Shown here one piece after another: positions 21,540 through 30,758 of a DNA stretch of 64,000 bases. This DNA comes from Promethearchaeota archaeon (lineage in GTDB: Archaea > Asgardarchaeota > Lokiarchaeia > Sigyniarchaeales > SOKP01). Below the pieces are notes generated by a model, which was not told the DNA's origin, did not search any database, and saw only the letters and a list, made by a program, of their open reading frames with translations. Each line of letters begins with the position of its first letter. Position 1 is the first letter of the stretch. The DNA is taken from assembly GCA_048940445.1 (NCBI GenBank), contig JBHLON010000001.1:147454-211453 (forward strand), in the 5' to 3' direction. The position numbers were made by a program, and so were the translations under genes.

Positions 21540-22643
21540 TTAAAATCGAAATTTATACTGTTTTAGACCAAGTTCTTTTTGCATGGTTTTAATATCGTTT
21601 TGTAGGCTTTGGTTTAGTGGGATTCCTGTTTTCATCCTTTCTACTTCTTTATAATATTCTTTTTCACCCGCAGTATAAATTCTTTCAGCTTTTGGATCTT
21701 TTTTAGAAATTCTGAGGGTTCTCATTATTGTACCTGCTGTCTTTTTAAAGGAATTGAGCCCCGCAAAAGATTCAATATTTATCGCTAGAAAAAAATGGCC
21801 CACTTTTAATCTCTTTTGCCCTTCTTCTTCGATTCCGAGTGTATCTCTCAAGAAGATTCCCTCTTGTAATGCAGCAGATAATAATTCCACCAAGGTTGCA
21901 TATCCATATCCCTTATATCCCGCGGTTTCTTCTCCTTTTCCACCCAAAGGTAATAATGCGGCCTTTTTATGAAGCATTCCCTCTAATACTTTATTTGGTT
22001 CGGTCATTATTTCTCCTTTATCATCTATTACAGTATTTTGTGGCAATGATTTATTCACTCTCGCATAAACCTCAACTTTTCCACGTTGTATTATTGAAGT
22101 AGCACAATCTATCAAAAAGGGAAAATCTTCATCACTGGGAGCCCCTAATGTTAAGGGATTAGTACCTAACATTGGTTCTACTCCAAATGTGGGTGGAATT
22201 GATGGCCTTGCATTAGTTGTTGCTAAGCCTATCATCCCTTCTTTGATGGCCATTAAACTATAGTATCCAGCGATTCCAAAATGACTAGAATTTTTTACAG
22301 CAACAGCACCTAGACCATATTTTTTAGCCTTAGAAATTGCTTTACTCATTGCTTTATAAGCGATTACATGACCCATTCCATTATTCCCATCCCATAACGC
22401 AGTGGTTGGTCCATCCTTGATTACATCTATTTTTGTATTTACCTCATATATTCCTTGCTTTATTCTATCATAGTACATTTTACATCTTTGAATGCCATGA
22501 GATTCAATTCCACGTAAGTCAGAAGTAATTAAGACTTCTGCGATTATTGTAGCATCCTCTTTAGGAACACCAAGCCCAATAAAAACATCCCTCATAAAAT
22601 TTTCAAGAGTTTTAGCATCAAGGTATATAATTTCTTCAGTCAT
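21540..22643 (-). CDS. Ldh_2 family dehydrogenase, paralog 1
   Basis: DLRGIESHG, NSSHFG, GTNP, GYKGYG. Confidence 0.92.
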   Translation of the reverse strand: MTEEIIYLDAKTLENFMRDVFIGLGVPKEDATIIAEVLITSDLRGIESHGIQRCKMYYDRIKQGIYEVNTKIDVIKDGPTTALWDGNNGMGHVIAYKAMSKAISKAKKYGLGAVAVKNSSHFGIAGYYSLMAIKEGMIGLATTNARPSIPPTFGVEPMLGTNPLTLGAPSDEDFPFLIDCATSIIQRGKVEVYARVNKSLPQNTVIDDKGEIMTEPNKVLEGMLHKKAALLPLGGKGEETAGYKGYGYATLVELLSAALQEGIFLRDTLGIEEEGQKRLKVGHFFLAINIESFAGLNSFKKTAGTIMRTLRISKKDPKAERIYTAGEKEYYKEVERMKTGIPLNQSLQNDIKTMQKELGLKQYKFRF

Positions 22644-22778
22644 TTTTCATTCCTAATTTTTGTAGTTAATATTGAATTCTAGAATCTTACTAATTTCAAT
22701 TTTATTATTATATTATAAGCATATTATGCAATTTTTTGTACTTCAGTCCTTTTCTTAAGATTTATGATTGTAAATGAT

Positions 22779-22934
22779 ATGAATATAAAAGTTAAAGGTA
22801 AGTTTTTTAAGGAAGTTTCAATTGAAGATGACAATGACGATAGTATTACTTACGTTTTTCCTGATACTAGTGAATTTATCGCTATACTTAAAAGAAAATT
22901 AACTAAAGATTTGATAAAAGAAGATAAGATCTAA
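22779..22934 (+). CDS. possible 51-aa small protein
   Basis: ATG...TAA open frame MNIKVKGKFFKEVSIEDDNDDSITYVFPDTSEFIAILKRKLTKDLIKEDKI, TTTAT box ~20 nt upstream; no recognisable homology. Confidence 0.35.
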   Translation: MNIKVKGKFFKEVSIEDDNDDSITYVFPDTSEFIAILKRKLTKDLIKEDKI

Positions 22935-22941
22935 TTTTAAA

Positions 22942-23250
22942 AGACCCGATTCTCGTTCTCCAATTTTTATTACTAGTACCATAAATATCATACCCCTCCG
23001 CTCCCTTACCATAAAGCGCGAGCAACTCAACTTACGGCTGCTCCATCCCTGGCCTGGCCGGGTTCATTATTATAGGCTTATACCTTTCCTACAAAAGATA
23101 ACACCTAGCTACCCGCCATTATGGGGAGAGTTTCTCTGGAGTACAATATAGGCTAATAATAGCTCATGGAACCTTAAATCGGGCAATTTCCGTTAGGAGC
23201 GTTTTACGGTCCATCTAGCATGAGACTTCAGGCATGCCCCAGTTGCCCAT
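22942..23250 (-). ncRNA. ffs: signal recognition particle RNA (7S/SRP RNA)
   Basis: GC-rich island; minus strand has helix 8 GCCAGG-CCA-GGGA-UGG-AGCAGC, helix 6 with GUAG (GNAR) loop, helix 5 closed by GCCCGAUU/AAUCGGGU, 5' Alu-like GGCA..UGCC-UGAA; about 305 nt; ends approximate. Confidence 0.9.
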
Positions 23251-23310
23251 TAGATATAAAATAACAAGAAATAAAAGATTAATGATTTGACTTTAAAGTG
23301 AAATAATTTT

Positions 23311-23757
23311 TTATTCGTTTTTTAGTTTTGTTTCTAAAACATATCGACAGTGTCTGTTACTATGTTCATCAAGAATACATTCCTTAATTTGAGCTTCAAA
23401 AAGGTAATTTGGAAGAAGTGTATTTAAAAAACTTCTGGTATATGGAATACAGAGATTATTTCGAATGATTTTTGCTTGTTTTGGATTTCTCTTTCCACCA
23501 ATTGGGCAAAATCCTTTAGAATATTTAAGGATAATTTCATAAGTTTGATCACCGATTTTTTTTATTGAGGTTTTTGCTCCCAAGGCTTTATATATCTGAT
23601 TCAGAGCTGGTTCTAAGCCTACAATTCCTCTTGCTTTAATTATTTCTGCTAATTTTGAACCTAATTTAGTGGAGACGGCTCTTGGAAGATTCTCTCCACC
23701 AACATCGATCATTTCGTTAATAAATGCATGAAAAAATTTTAGTACGTCTTTTACCAT
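23311..23757 (-). CDS. V4R/methanogen-output-domain-like small ligand-binding protein
   Basis: Helical N-half, then CPIGG...CIPY...EC...CRY Cys pattern typical of V4R-type folds. Confidence 0.5.
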   Translation of the reverse strand: MVKDVLKFFHAFINEMIDVGGENLPRAVSTKLGSKLAEIIKARGIVGLEPALNQIYKALGAKTSIKKIGDQTYEIILKYSKGFCPIGGKRNPKQAKIIRNNLCIPYTRSFLNTLLPNYLFEAQIKECILDEHSNRHCRYVLETKLKNE

Positions 23758-23912
23758 GATTAATATCCTACTAATTTCTGAAAATTTAATCTTATGTTAA
23801 AACCTACATCAAAAATCAAAATAATCTTATTTAAATTTATTTTTTTTTGTAAAATAAGAAAGACTAGATATACGTTATTCACTTCAGATGAATTTTTTTT
23901 TAACTAATTAGG

Positions 23913-24521
23913 TTATGTATTGAGTTTCTCTACTAGAGTATATCTTAGTAGTTTATCTTTATCTTCTTGAGCATAATCGATTCCAATCCTTTTTCCAAGA
24001 ATAATATTTCTTGGATTTATTGATTCCCCATTACTAAAAAAAAGTAACGACTCCGGAGAACATGCATCCGTGCCATTGAATTTAATTTTAGTAATATTTA
24101 GAGCCATACATAATTTACCCGGTCCATCAACTAAATTTTTATAATGCTTTCCAACTTTAATTCTTCTGTTTTCCTTCATCATTTCAATTCCTTCAACTGG
24201 ATAAAGTTTTCTTATCAATATAGCACAAGGCATACCTTCTGGTTCAGTAATCACATTTAAGCAATGATATATTCCATAGATTAAGTAAATATACAACGTT
24301 CCTGGTTTCATATACATTACATTAGTCCTATCTGTTTTTTTATAGCCATGACTATGACTTGCTTTATCATAGGGACCTAAATAAGCCTCAACTTCAATAA
24401 TTTTTCCTATAATGTTCCCTCTTTTCGTTTTTCTTACAAGATATTTGCCTAATAATTCTTTCGTAACTTGAACCGTTTTTCTATCAAAAAATTCCCTATT
24501 TAATCTTTCCAATTCACTCAA
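23913..24521 (-). CDS. mpg: DNA-3-methyladenine glycosylase (MPG/AAG family)
   Basis: LLGKYL, IEVEAYLG, YLIYGIYHCLN, GPGKLC, RIGI. Confidence 0.94.
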   Translation of the reverse strand: MSELERLNREFFDRKTVQVTKELLGKYLVRKTKRGNIIGKIIEVEAYLGPYDKASHSHGYKKTDRTNVMYMKPGTLYIYLIYGIYHCLNVITEPEGMPCAILIRKLYPVEGIEMMKENRRIKVGKHYKNLVDGPGKLCMALNITKIKFNGTDACSPESLLFFSNGESINPRNIILGKRIGIDYAQEDKDKLLRYTLVEKLNT

Positions 24522-24565
24522 TTTAATTAAGTAAATTTTAATCTAAACTCAAAATTAAATTACTT

Positions 24566-26107
24566 TTAAGTTGTTTTCTTCAAAAAAAAACGTTTCCTTA
24601 TCATACGTGTTAATTGATCGTTCACATGAGATAGATTTATAAGCTCAGCTACGTTGGCTTTTGAATTTTTTAAAGTTTCCCACTTGCTTCTTTGATTGAT
24701 GAGTTCAGCTTCTTCTATTAGAATCCTCTCTAATAATTGGTTTAAACTGTATTTTTCAGCTATTTTTTTAGCTTTCTCTAAAAATTGTTGAGTTGCTTTT
24801 AAATCCAAGATTAATAGCCCAAATTTGGCTTGTAATAAGTGTGTTTCGGCAAGAAGTGAGTAAGATTTTTGATTTATAGCAATAACATGCATTTGATTAA
24901 TGTATTGCTGGATTTCATCGAATAATTTAATGTTATTAGTGTTGGATATCCTAACTAAGAGTAAATCACTTAAGTTAAGCAGGATTACTACTTTATATTC
25001 GTTGTCTACTATCTTATCCCTTAAGGAGTTTTTAAATATTTCTTCGGCTTTCACATGATCACTAATAAGTGAACTCAATTTTAATATTCTAGCCATATTA
25101 ACACGGTAAGCAAGATATACTAATTTATTATTTTCTTGATCACTGATCCGCTTAATTTCTTTTAAATACTTCTCTGCGCTTTTGAGATCCCTCTTAAGGA
25201 GTGCTAAAGGAATTAACTCATCAAGTGTCATTACCTTTGCTATCTGAGCACCAATCTTTTCTTTAATTGCTAGCGCTTTTTCAAAATATTCTTTAGCTTT
25301 ATCTAACTCATCTTTTTCTTGATAAACCATTCCCATGAGATGAAATATTCCATACTTTCCATAATCATATTTCAATTCTTCTGGTAATTCCTCGAAAAGG
25401 GCCTTACTAAACTCAAAATAACCTAAAGCTTGATCCAATTCACCTTTGAATGAGTAAATCATTCCTTTTAGCATATAACATTGTTGTCTTTTAACTGTAT
25501 AATTAATTTTTTCACAATATTCTATACATTGGTCTACATATTTTAAAGCAAGATCATTATCCCATTTAAAACAAATCCATCCAACTTGCCATAAAGATAA
25601 TCCAATATCAGCTTTGAGTCCGAGAGCTTCTCGTATTTCCAGACCCTGCTTCGCACATTCTAAAGCTTTACTTATTTCACCTTGATCGTAATATAACCAC
25701 CCTTTAATGTAAGATAGAGAAGCTTTCCTTTCAAAAAGTTCTTCTGGTGATTCTTCAGTAAGTATCTTGAGTTGTTCTTCAGATTTTCCCACAAACTCAA
25801 AAGAGTCCTCCCATTTAAACTTACGCATTAAACCCATAGCCATTTGAATATAAACATCAAGCAATTGAAGAGAATTTCCTAATTTTTGTCTTTCCTGATA
25901 AGCCTTTTGAGCGTATTTAAGGTATTCCGTTTCTCTAATTAAGTAAAATGAGAGAGAACTTCTAAGAATATAATATGAGACTCTTTCTGCAAGTGATAGG
26001 TCTTTCCTTTTCCCAAATTCATCCAGTAGTTTAAGAGCTTCTAATAGTTTTACTTCCTTTATGAGTCGTGCTGCTTGATTTAGTTCCTTAGGTTTTATAC
26101 ATGACAT
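24566..26107 (-). CDS. tetratricopeptide-repeat protein
   Basis: Repeated G.IY...GELDQALxYF / AKEYFEKALAIKEKIG TPR units. Confidence 0.85.
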   Translation of the reverse strand: MSCIKPKELNQAARLIKEVKLLEALKLLDEFGKRKDLSLAERVSYYILRSSLSFYLIRETEYLKYAQKAYQERQKLGNSLQLLDVYIQMAMGLMRKFKWEDSFEFVGKSEEQLKILTEESPEELFERKASLSYIKGWLYYDQGEISKALECAKQGLEIREALGLKADIGLSLWQVGWICFKWDNDLALKYVDQCIEYCEKINYTVKRQQCYMLKGMIYSFKGELDQALGYFEFSKALFEELPEELKYDYGKYGIFHLMGMVYQEKDELDKAKEYFEKALAIKEKIGAQIAKVMTLDELIPLALLKRDLKSAEKYLKEIKRISDQENNKLVYLAYRVNMARILKLSSLISDHVKAEEIFKNSLRDKIVDNEYKVVILLNLSDLLLVRISNTNNIKLFDEIQQYINQMHVIAINQKSYSLLAETHLLQAKFGLLILDLKATQQFLEKAKKIAEKYSLNQLLERILIEEAELINQRSKWETLKNSKANVAELINLSHVNDQLTRMIRKRFFLKKTT

Positions 26108-26213
26108 AAAACTTGAAGTACAGAAAAGCTTGAAATCTTATCAATTTTTTGTTAATATTAAGAATAAGTACATTTCTGTATAAAAATGCTTTTAACTTGA
26201 AAAAAAATAGACT

Positions 26214-26975
26214 CTAACTTTTTCTTGATTTTAAAAATTTATTTTTTTTTAGTTCAAATATCGCCTTTAGAGGTAATGAGGCATCTAAATATACAAATGC
26301 ATTCTCTGGGTTCAACTCTTGTTCTCTCGCAAGTTTTTCCAATTTTAACAAATATTCTAATCTTATATCTAAAAATTTTTCATACCGTTGGTGATCAAAA
26401 TATAAAAGATTAAACCATGGTTCGTTTTTACCCGAAAGGTATGTGTTATAGATGTTTTTTGCCCTATTTATATCATCTAGCTGATCCTCAAAGATGTTTA
26501 ATAAAGGATTCATAAAGTCCAGAAGTTTATGAATATTATAAATGGCACTCCTATAATTTTTAATCTCTGAGATAAAAAATTCGCGAAGCTTTTTTGGATC
26601 TTTAGGGAATTCTTTATCGCTTAATTTCTCTTCAACTTTTGTTCCAAATTCTTTGTTTATACGATAGTATTTTGGGGGGATTTTTTCTCCTTCCCCTTCC
26701 TTGGTTTCACCTCTTCTTGATATAATCAATCTATCATTTTTCATCCCTATCAGTATCCTTGACACAGTAGATTTGCTCTGTTTTACCAAATGTGAAATTT
26801 CTGTCACATTCAATTCATTATATAATTTGAGTATAGCCCAAATCTCATATCTTAATTCATGTTTATCCATTAAGTTCAACCAATCTTCTTCCAGAATAAA
26901 ATCATTGTACATTTCCTGCTTATTAATTTTCTTATTTGAATTTGAGATATCGTTTTTGTTAGTTTCTTTATACAT
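26214..26975 (-). CDS. winged-helix (ArsR-like) transcriptional regulator
   Basis: LRYEIWAIL...LNVTEISHLVKQSKSTVSRIL...KYYRI. Confidence 0.8.
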   Translation of the reverse strand: MYKETNKNDISNSNKKINKQEMYNDFILEEDWLNLMDKHELRYEIWAILKLYNELNVTEISHLVKQSKSTVSRILIGMKNDRLIISRRGETKEGEGEKIPPKYYRINKEFGTKVEEKLSDKEFPKDPKKLREFFISEIKNYRSAIYNIHKLLDFMNPLLNIFEDQLDDINRAKNIYNTYLSGKNEPWFNLLYFDHQRYEKFLDIRLEYLLKLEKLAREQELNPENAFVYLDASLPLKAIFELKKNKFLKSRKS

Positions 26976-27136
26976 TTTAATCTAATTTCCTTTTAGGGTG
27001 TTGTATATTAATATAAGGTAATTAATGTTTAAAATTAGTAAATAAAACGGTATTTTCATACTTTAATTTAAATTTTTAATTCTATTCTCTATAAAAATGA
27101 TCACAATATTTAAATATAAATCTTTCCCATATATTA

Positions 27137-27190
27137 TTGATTATGGGCCATCCCAAGATCACCATCTTATCGGGACGGCTCATGATCAAA
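27137..27190 (+). promoter_or_regulatory. long 5'-UTR stem-loop or operator palindrome upstream of the 27216 gene
   Basis: TTGATTATGGGCC-A-TCCC-AAGAT-CACC-ATCTT-ATC-GGGA-C-GGCTCATGATCAA; begins about 20 nt after a TTTAAATATAAA TATA-like box. Confidence 0.65.
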
Positions 27191-27215
27191 ATTTTAATAA
27201 AACAAGAGGAAAAAA

Positions 27216-27935
27216 ATGGAAAAAATAAAACTAAAAAGATTAGTATTATCGATTATATTAATAACAGTTGTCTTCAGTTTAATTCCTGCAGCAGTGGCAT
27301 ATGGAGGAAAAGAAAGTGTTAACATTAGACCTATAGAGGATTGGTTAATTCCTGTTGTAGAGGGAGATCTACCATTAGGAGGAATGCCAGATTATGATAA
27401 AGGTCTAATCATATGGCCCTTCCTTGATGATCCAGCGACCTCACATTGGGCTTGTGCATTGGACTACAATCCTGAAGGTTTTGTACTTGAAAGAGAATTA
27501 AAAAATAATATAATGCTAATCACTATTCACATGAGTGTCAAAGATGCACCATTCTATATTACAAATTTTGTTACTCCGATTCCTATTGCTACGCTGATAT
27601 TTAAAGGAACGCTGGATTTCACTTATGAGTTAAAATTTACTATTGACTTAAACACACTTGGACCTGATGACTATGATGAGGATGGAGACATTATATATCA
27701 TACTTGGGACTATTATGTTTGGCAACTTGGCAACTTCGAATCAGTTTTCTTATGTGGTCATGGATCTGGTGAATTTTTAAACTCATTCGATGATTGGGAA
27801 GAAGGAGACACAGCAAAAATGCATACAGTTAATAATATCGTTAAAGTAGGTGAAGATTATACAGGACCTAATCCATATTATAACTTTCTTGGACTACTTG
27901 AGATAACATTAGCAGATAACATAAATTTTCATTAG
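27216..27935 (+). CDS. secreted acidic protein of unknown function
   Basis: Basic N-terminus, hydrophobic helix, AAVAYG cleavage site; Asp/Glu-rich mature part; GAGG RBS. Confidence 0.75.
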   Translation: MEKIKLKRLVLSIILITVVFSLIPAAVAYGGKESVNIRPIEDWLIPVVEGDLPLGGMPDYDKGLIIWPFLDDPATSHWACALDYNPEGFVLERELKNNIMLITIHMSVKDAPFYITNFVTPIPIATLIFKGTLDFTYELKFTIDLNTLGPDDYDEDGDIIYHTWDYYVWQLGNFESVFLCGHGSGEFLNSFDDWEEGDTAKMHTVNNIVKVGEDYTGPNPYYNFLGLLEITLADNINFH

Positions 27936-27989
27936 AAAACTAGATCTAAATAGATAAAGATCAATTGAGGGTAGAATCTCTAAATAAAA

Positions 27990-28080
27990 GTATAGAATAA
28001 GGAGGATATCGTTTAGATAACTGGCTTCTCGATAAACCACACCCAAACTGATTATCCTCTATTCTATATATATTTTTTTT
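27990..28080 (+). terminator. 3' stem-loop followed by poly-T
   Basis: TATAGAATA-AG-GAGGATA-TC-GTTT ... AAAC-TGA-T-TATCCTC-TATTCTATA then TTTTTTTT. Confidence 0.55.
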
Positions 28081-28120
28081 TAAAAATTTATTAATATGTT
28101 TAAATTCCTGAAAGAATAAT

Positions 28121-28843
28121 TCATTTTATTATCTTATTTTTTTCAATAATCCATTTATCTACTATAAAAGATTGATAATTTTCTTTGTTATCAACATCAT
28201 ATTGCGAATGTATAGTTGATTTTGGAATCCAAAATTCTTCTCCTGTTTCGAGAGTAATTAAAAGAGCTTTGGGGCTTTCTACTTTTAGCTTTACATTTAC
28301 TTCTACTGTATCAACTGAAACACCGTATTCTGTTGTTTCAACTACTTGTAGTCCGTCTCTCGCGGTAATATGTTCAGAAAATAAGCTATATTCAGATCCT
28401 TCATCAATCTTCTCTTCCTTTTCTTTAGATTCAAATGTACCGCTTGTAGCAAATTCAATTTTTTCAGATAGTATATGTTCTAAAAGCAATGTCATTAAAT
28501 TTAAATTTGGAAATCGTAGCTTTTTTGTATAGTCACCAATCTTAATTCTGATTACTTGACGAGTTTCATCTTCCCATCCAACATAAATCTCAGTTTGACG
28601 CTCTTTAAAGACATGGTAACCTCTCCAATTTGCTATTCTTCTATTAAGAACTTCCAATATACATATAATTTCTTCAATAGAAATCTTAACAGTTTTTCCT
28701 TCTCCTTTGCTCGAACTCTCCCAAGTTCCATCATCTTTTCTATTAATACAACTTAAAAAGATATAGGGCACCATTTTTGTAGGACTAGTGATGATCATAC
28801 TTGATTTTTGTCCATAGAAGGTTTTAGTGTGAAAATCTGCCAT
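28121..28843 (-). CDS. conserved hypothetical; Whirly/PC4-like N-domain plus small SH3-like C-domain
   Basis: TFYGQKSSMII...IFLSCINRK...W...TVKISIEEIICIL; C-terminal ESPKALLI...EFWIPKSTI. Confidence 0.5.
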   Translation of the reverse strand: MADFHTKTFYGQKSSMIITSPTKMVPYIFLSCINRKDDGTWESSSKGEGKTVKISIEEIICILEVLNRRIANWRGYHVFKERQTEIYVGWEDETRQVIRIKIGDYTKKLRFPNLNLMTLLLEHILSEKIEFATSGTFESKEKEEKIDEGSEYSLFSEHITARDGLQVVETTEYGVSVDTVEVNVKLKVESPKALLITLETGEEFWIPKSTIHSQYDVDNKENYQSFIVDKWIIEKNKIIK

Positions 28844-28961
28844 TTGAAACAATCTAAAATAATTTAAAAAGCCAAAAGTTTGCTATTTAATACAAAGTAT
28901 AAATTCAATGATTTAAATATGTTCATAAACAAATTGGACTTTAATCAAAAAAGTAGATTAG

Positions 28962-29267
28962 TTACATTAATTCTATTTCTACAAGCACCGATTCTGGAAT
29001 CTGTATCTTCATAATTAAGTGCATGCTACGTTCATTCGCAATAATCTCAAAAAGTCTCTTATGTATTCGCATCTCATATTTAGCCCAATTATTAGTTCCT
29101 TGACCAGACACATTCTTCATGACAGGGACCTTTAAATGCTTTGTAGGTAAAGGAATGGGGCCATGCTTTTTTATTCCTTGACTTTTACATACGCTTTCAA
29201 TTTGTTCGCATACGGAATTTAGAGAATCTAATTGTGTGGAACTTAATCGAATCCGTGCTGCTTGCAA
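28962..29267 (-). CDS. rps10: 30S ribosomal protein uS10 (archaeal type)
   Basis: ARIRLSS, GPIPLPTK, YEMRIHKRL, IPESVLVEI. Confidence 0.96.
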   Translation of the reverse strand: MQAARIRLSSTQLDSLNSVCEQIESVCKSQGIKKHGPIPLPTKHLKVPVMKNVSGQGTNNWAKYEMRIHKRLFEIIANERSMHLIMKIQIPESVLVEIELM

Positions 29268-29419
29268 CTTTACTTGTACCTTTATTTGATGATAAAGAAT
29301 TTAATATTTTAATTAGTAATAAAGAAAATAGTTAGCAAAATAAATATTTTATCAGTCTAAAAGTTTCATATTATATTTTTGGAACAAAAAAAAAAGAAAG
29401 ATTCCCTAAAAATAAAACA

Positions 29420-30718
29420 TTAATCCTTATTCATGATTCTAAACTTAATTTTATAATAATTTTCATCAATTACAGCCATAATAAATAACATGAGAATAAA
29501 AATGAAAAATAGACATGGGAAAAATGATAAAAGACCAAGTTCATGACCCTTTGACTTAAAATCCACTAATAAAAATAAACCAATACTATAAAAAATGATA
29601 AAATTCATAGAAATCAAGAAATACTTATCCGTAATTAGAACTTTGAAACCCCTAGGAAATAGCTTTTTAACTTTAAATCGGTTTCTTTTAATTTCATTCT
29701 TATTCATACTATTTCTTTTAAAAAATTTTTCCTGTTTTACGTTAGTTCGCAACTCTTTGATTTTATTCAATTCATAAGCATCGTTTTTGCTCATCCAATC
29801 CGTTAATCGAATAATGATGCAATTTTTTAAAGAAACATCATTTGATTTAAAAAGAATAGTTTTCCTGATTAAACATTTTTCAAAAGTGACATTTTGGCAT
29901 TCTTTTAGTTTTAAATCACGTGGAATGTTACATTCTATGAAGGTGATGTCTGAGCAAGAGCTCATTCTGATAAGTCCAATCTCACAATTAGAAAAAGCAA
30001 AATTTTCACAATTTTCAAGATATAATTTAACTATTTGAAGGCTTTTAAAGTTAAAGTATAGTTTGTAATTCTTAATTGATACTCGTTTAGGAAGGTTTAA
30101 GGAATTATCAATAATAATAGGATCTTGAATGGTTCCTAATCCATAACAAGTTATTTGCATTTTTCCATCTTCTGGAAACGTCCATATAAGAGGACTATTA
30201 TAACGTCCATAAAATTCCCGATTCTGCTTTATAAGGGTAATTTTTGTCTTATTTATTAGAATAACGTCTTTTTGCTTAATTTTTGTAGGGGAAATCCTCT
30301 GCGTAATCTCATTCATGATATCTTTGTAGTTTAAAATCCATGAAATTTCGACGTTATAGACATCATTGACAAGTTGAATAGAAAGAGAATTACCTTTCTC
30401 GATGATAACTGCTTCAATTTGCTCATAAGGGATAAATTTTGGAATGAAATATGAGAAGATTTCTACTCTACTTAATGATTTTCGAACTTTTACTCCGTTC
30501 TCATAAACAATAATATAGGATATAAAACTCATCATTCCTGGAATTACAAATAAGATACCAAGAAAAATGACAAGAAGGTCTAGAAAATTGATTGTTGAAC
30601 GATCAATGAATTTAATTACAAAATAAGGGATAATCATAAGATTACCCAAAATCAAAAAGATGTAAGTCACACAAACCTTAGGTGTTTTACTTTTTAAGAT
30701 TTTTTTTCCTTTTTTCAT
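29420..30718 (-). CDS. membrane protein with PH-like domain and right-handed beta-helix
   Basis: 2 N-terminal TMs, GLGTIQDPIIID, LENCENFAFSNC/LKECQNVTFEKC repeats, 2 C-terminal TMs. Confidence 0.65.
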   Translation of the reverse strand: MKKGKKILKSKTPKVCVTYIFLILGNLMIIPYFVIKFIDRSTINFLDLLVIFLGILFVIPGMMSFISYIIVYENGVKVRKSLSRVEIFSYFIPKFIPYEQIEAVIIEKGNSLSIQLVNDVYNVEISWILNYKDIMNEITQRISPTKIKQKDVILINKTKITLIKQNREFYGRYNSPLIWTFPEDGKMQITCYGLGTIQDPIIIDNSLNLPKRVSIKNYKLYFNFKSLQIVKLYLENCENFAFSNCEIGLIRMSSCSDITFIECNIPRDLKLKECQNVTFEKCLIRKTILFKSNDVSLKNCIIIRLTDWMSKNDAYELNKIKELRTNVKQEKFFKRNSMNKNEIKRNRFKVKKLFPRGFKVLITDKYFLISMNFIIFYSIGLFLLVDFKSKGHELGLLSFFPCLFFIFILMLFIMAVIDENYYKIKFRIMNKD

Positions 30719-30758
30719 TTTTATAAATCATTTATTATTTAGATTGAAATAAGTATTT

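Noticed and set aside
28010-28060. Fluoride-riboswitch or SECIS resemblance of the 3' hairpin
   Set aside because: P1 and pseudoknot pairings do not form, it lies 3' of both flanking genes, there is no AUGA/GA quartet, and no in-frame TGA selenoprotein was seen nearby
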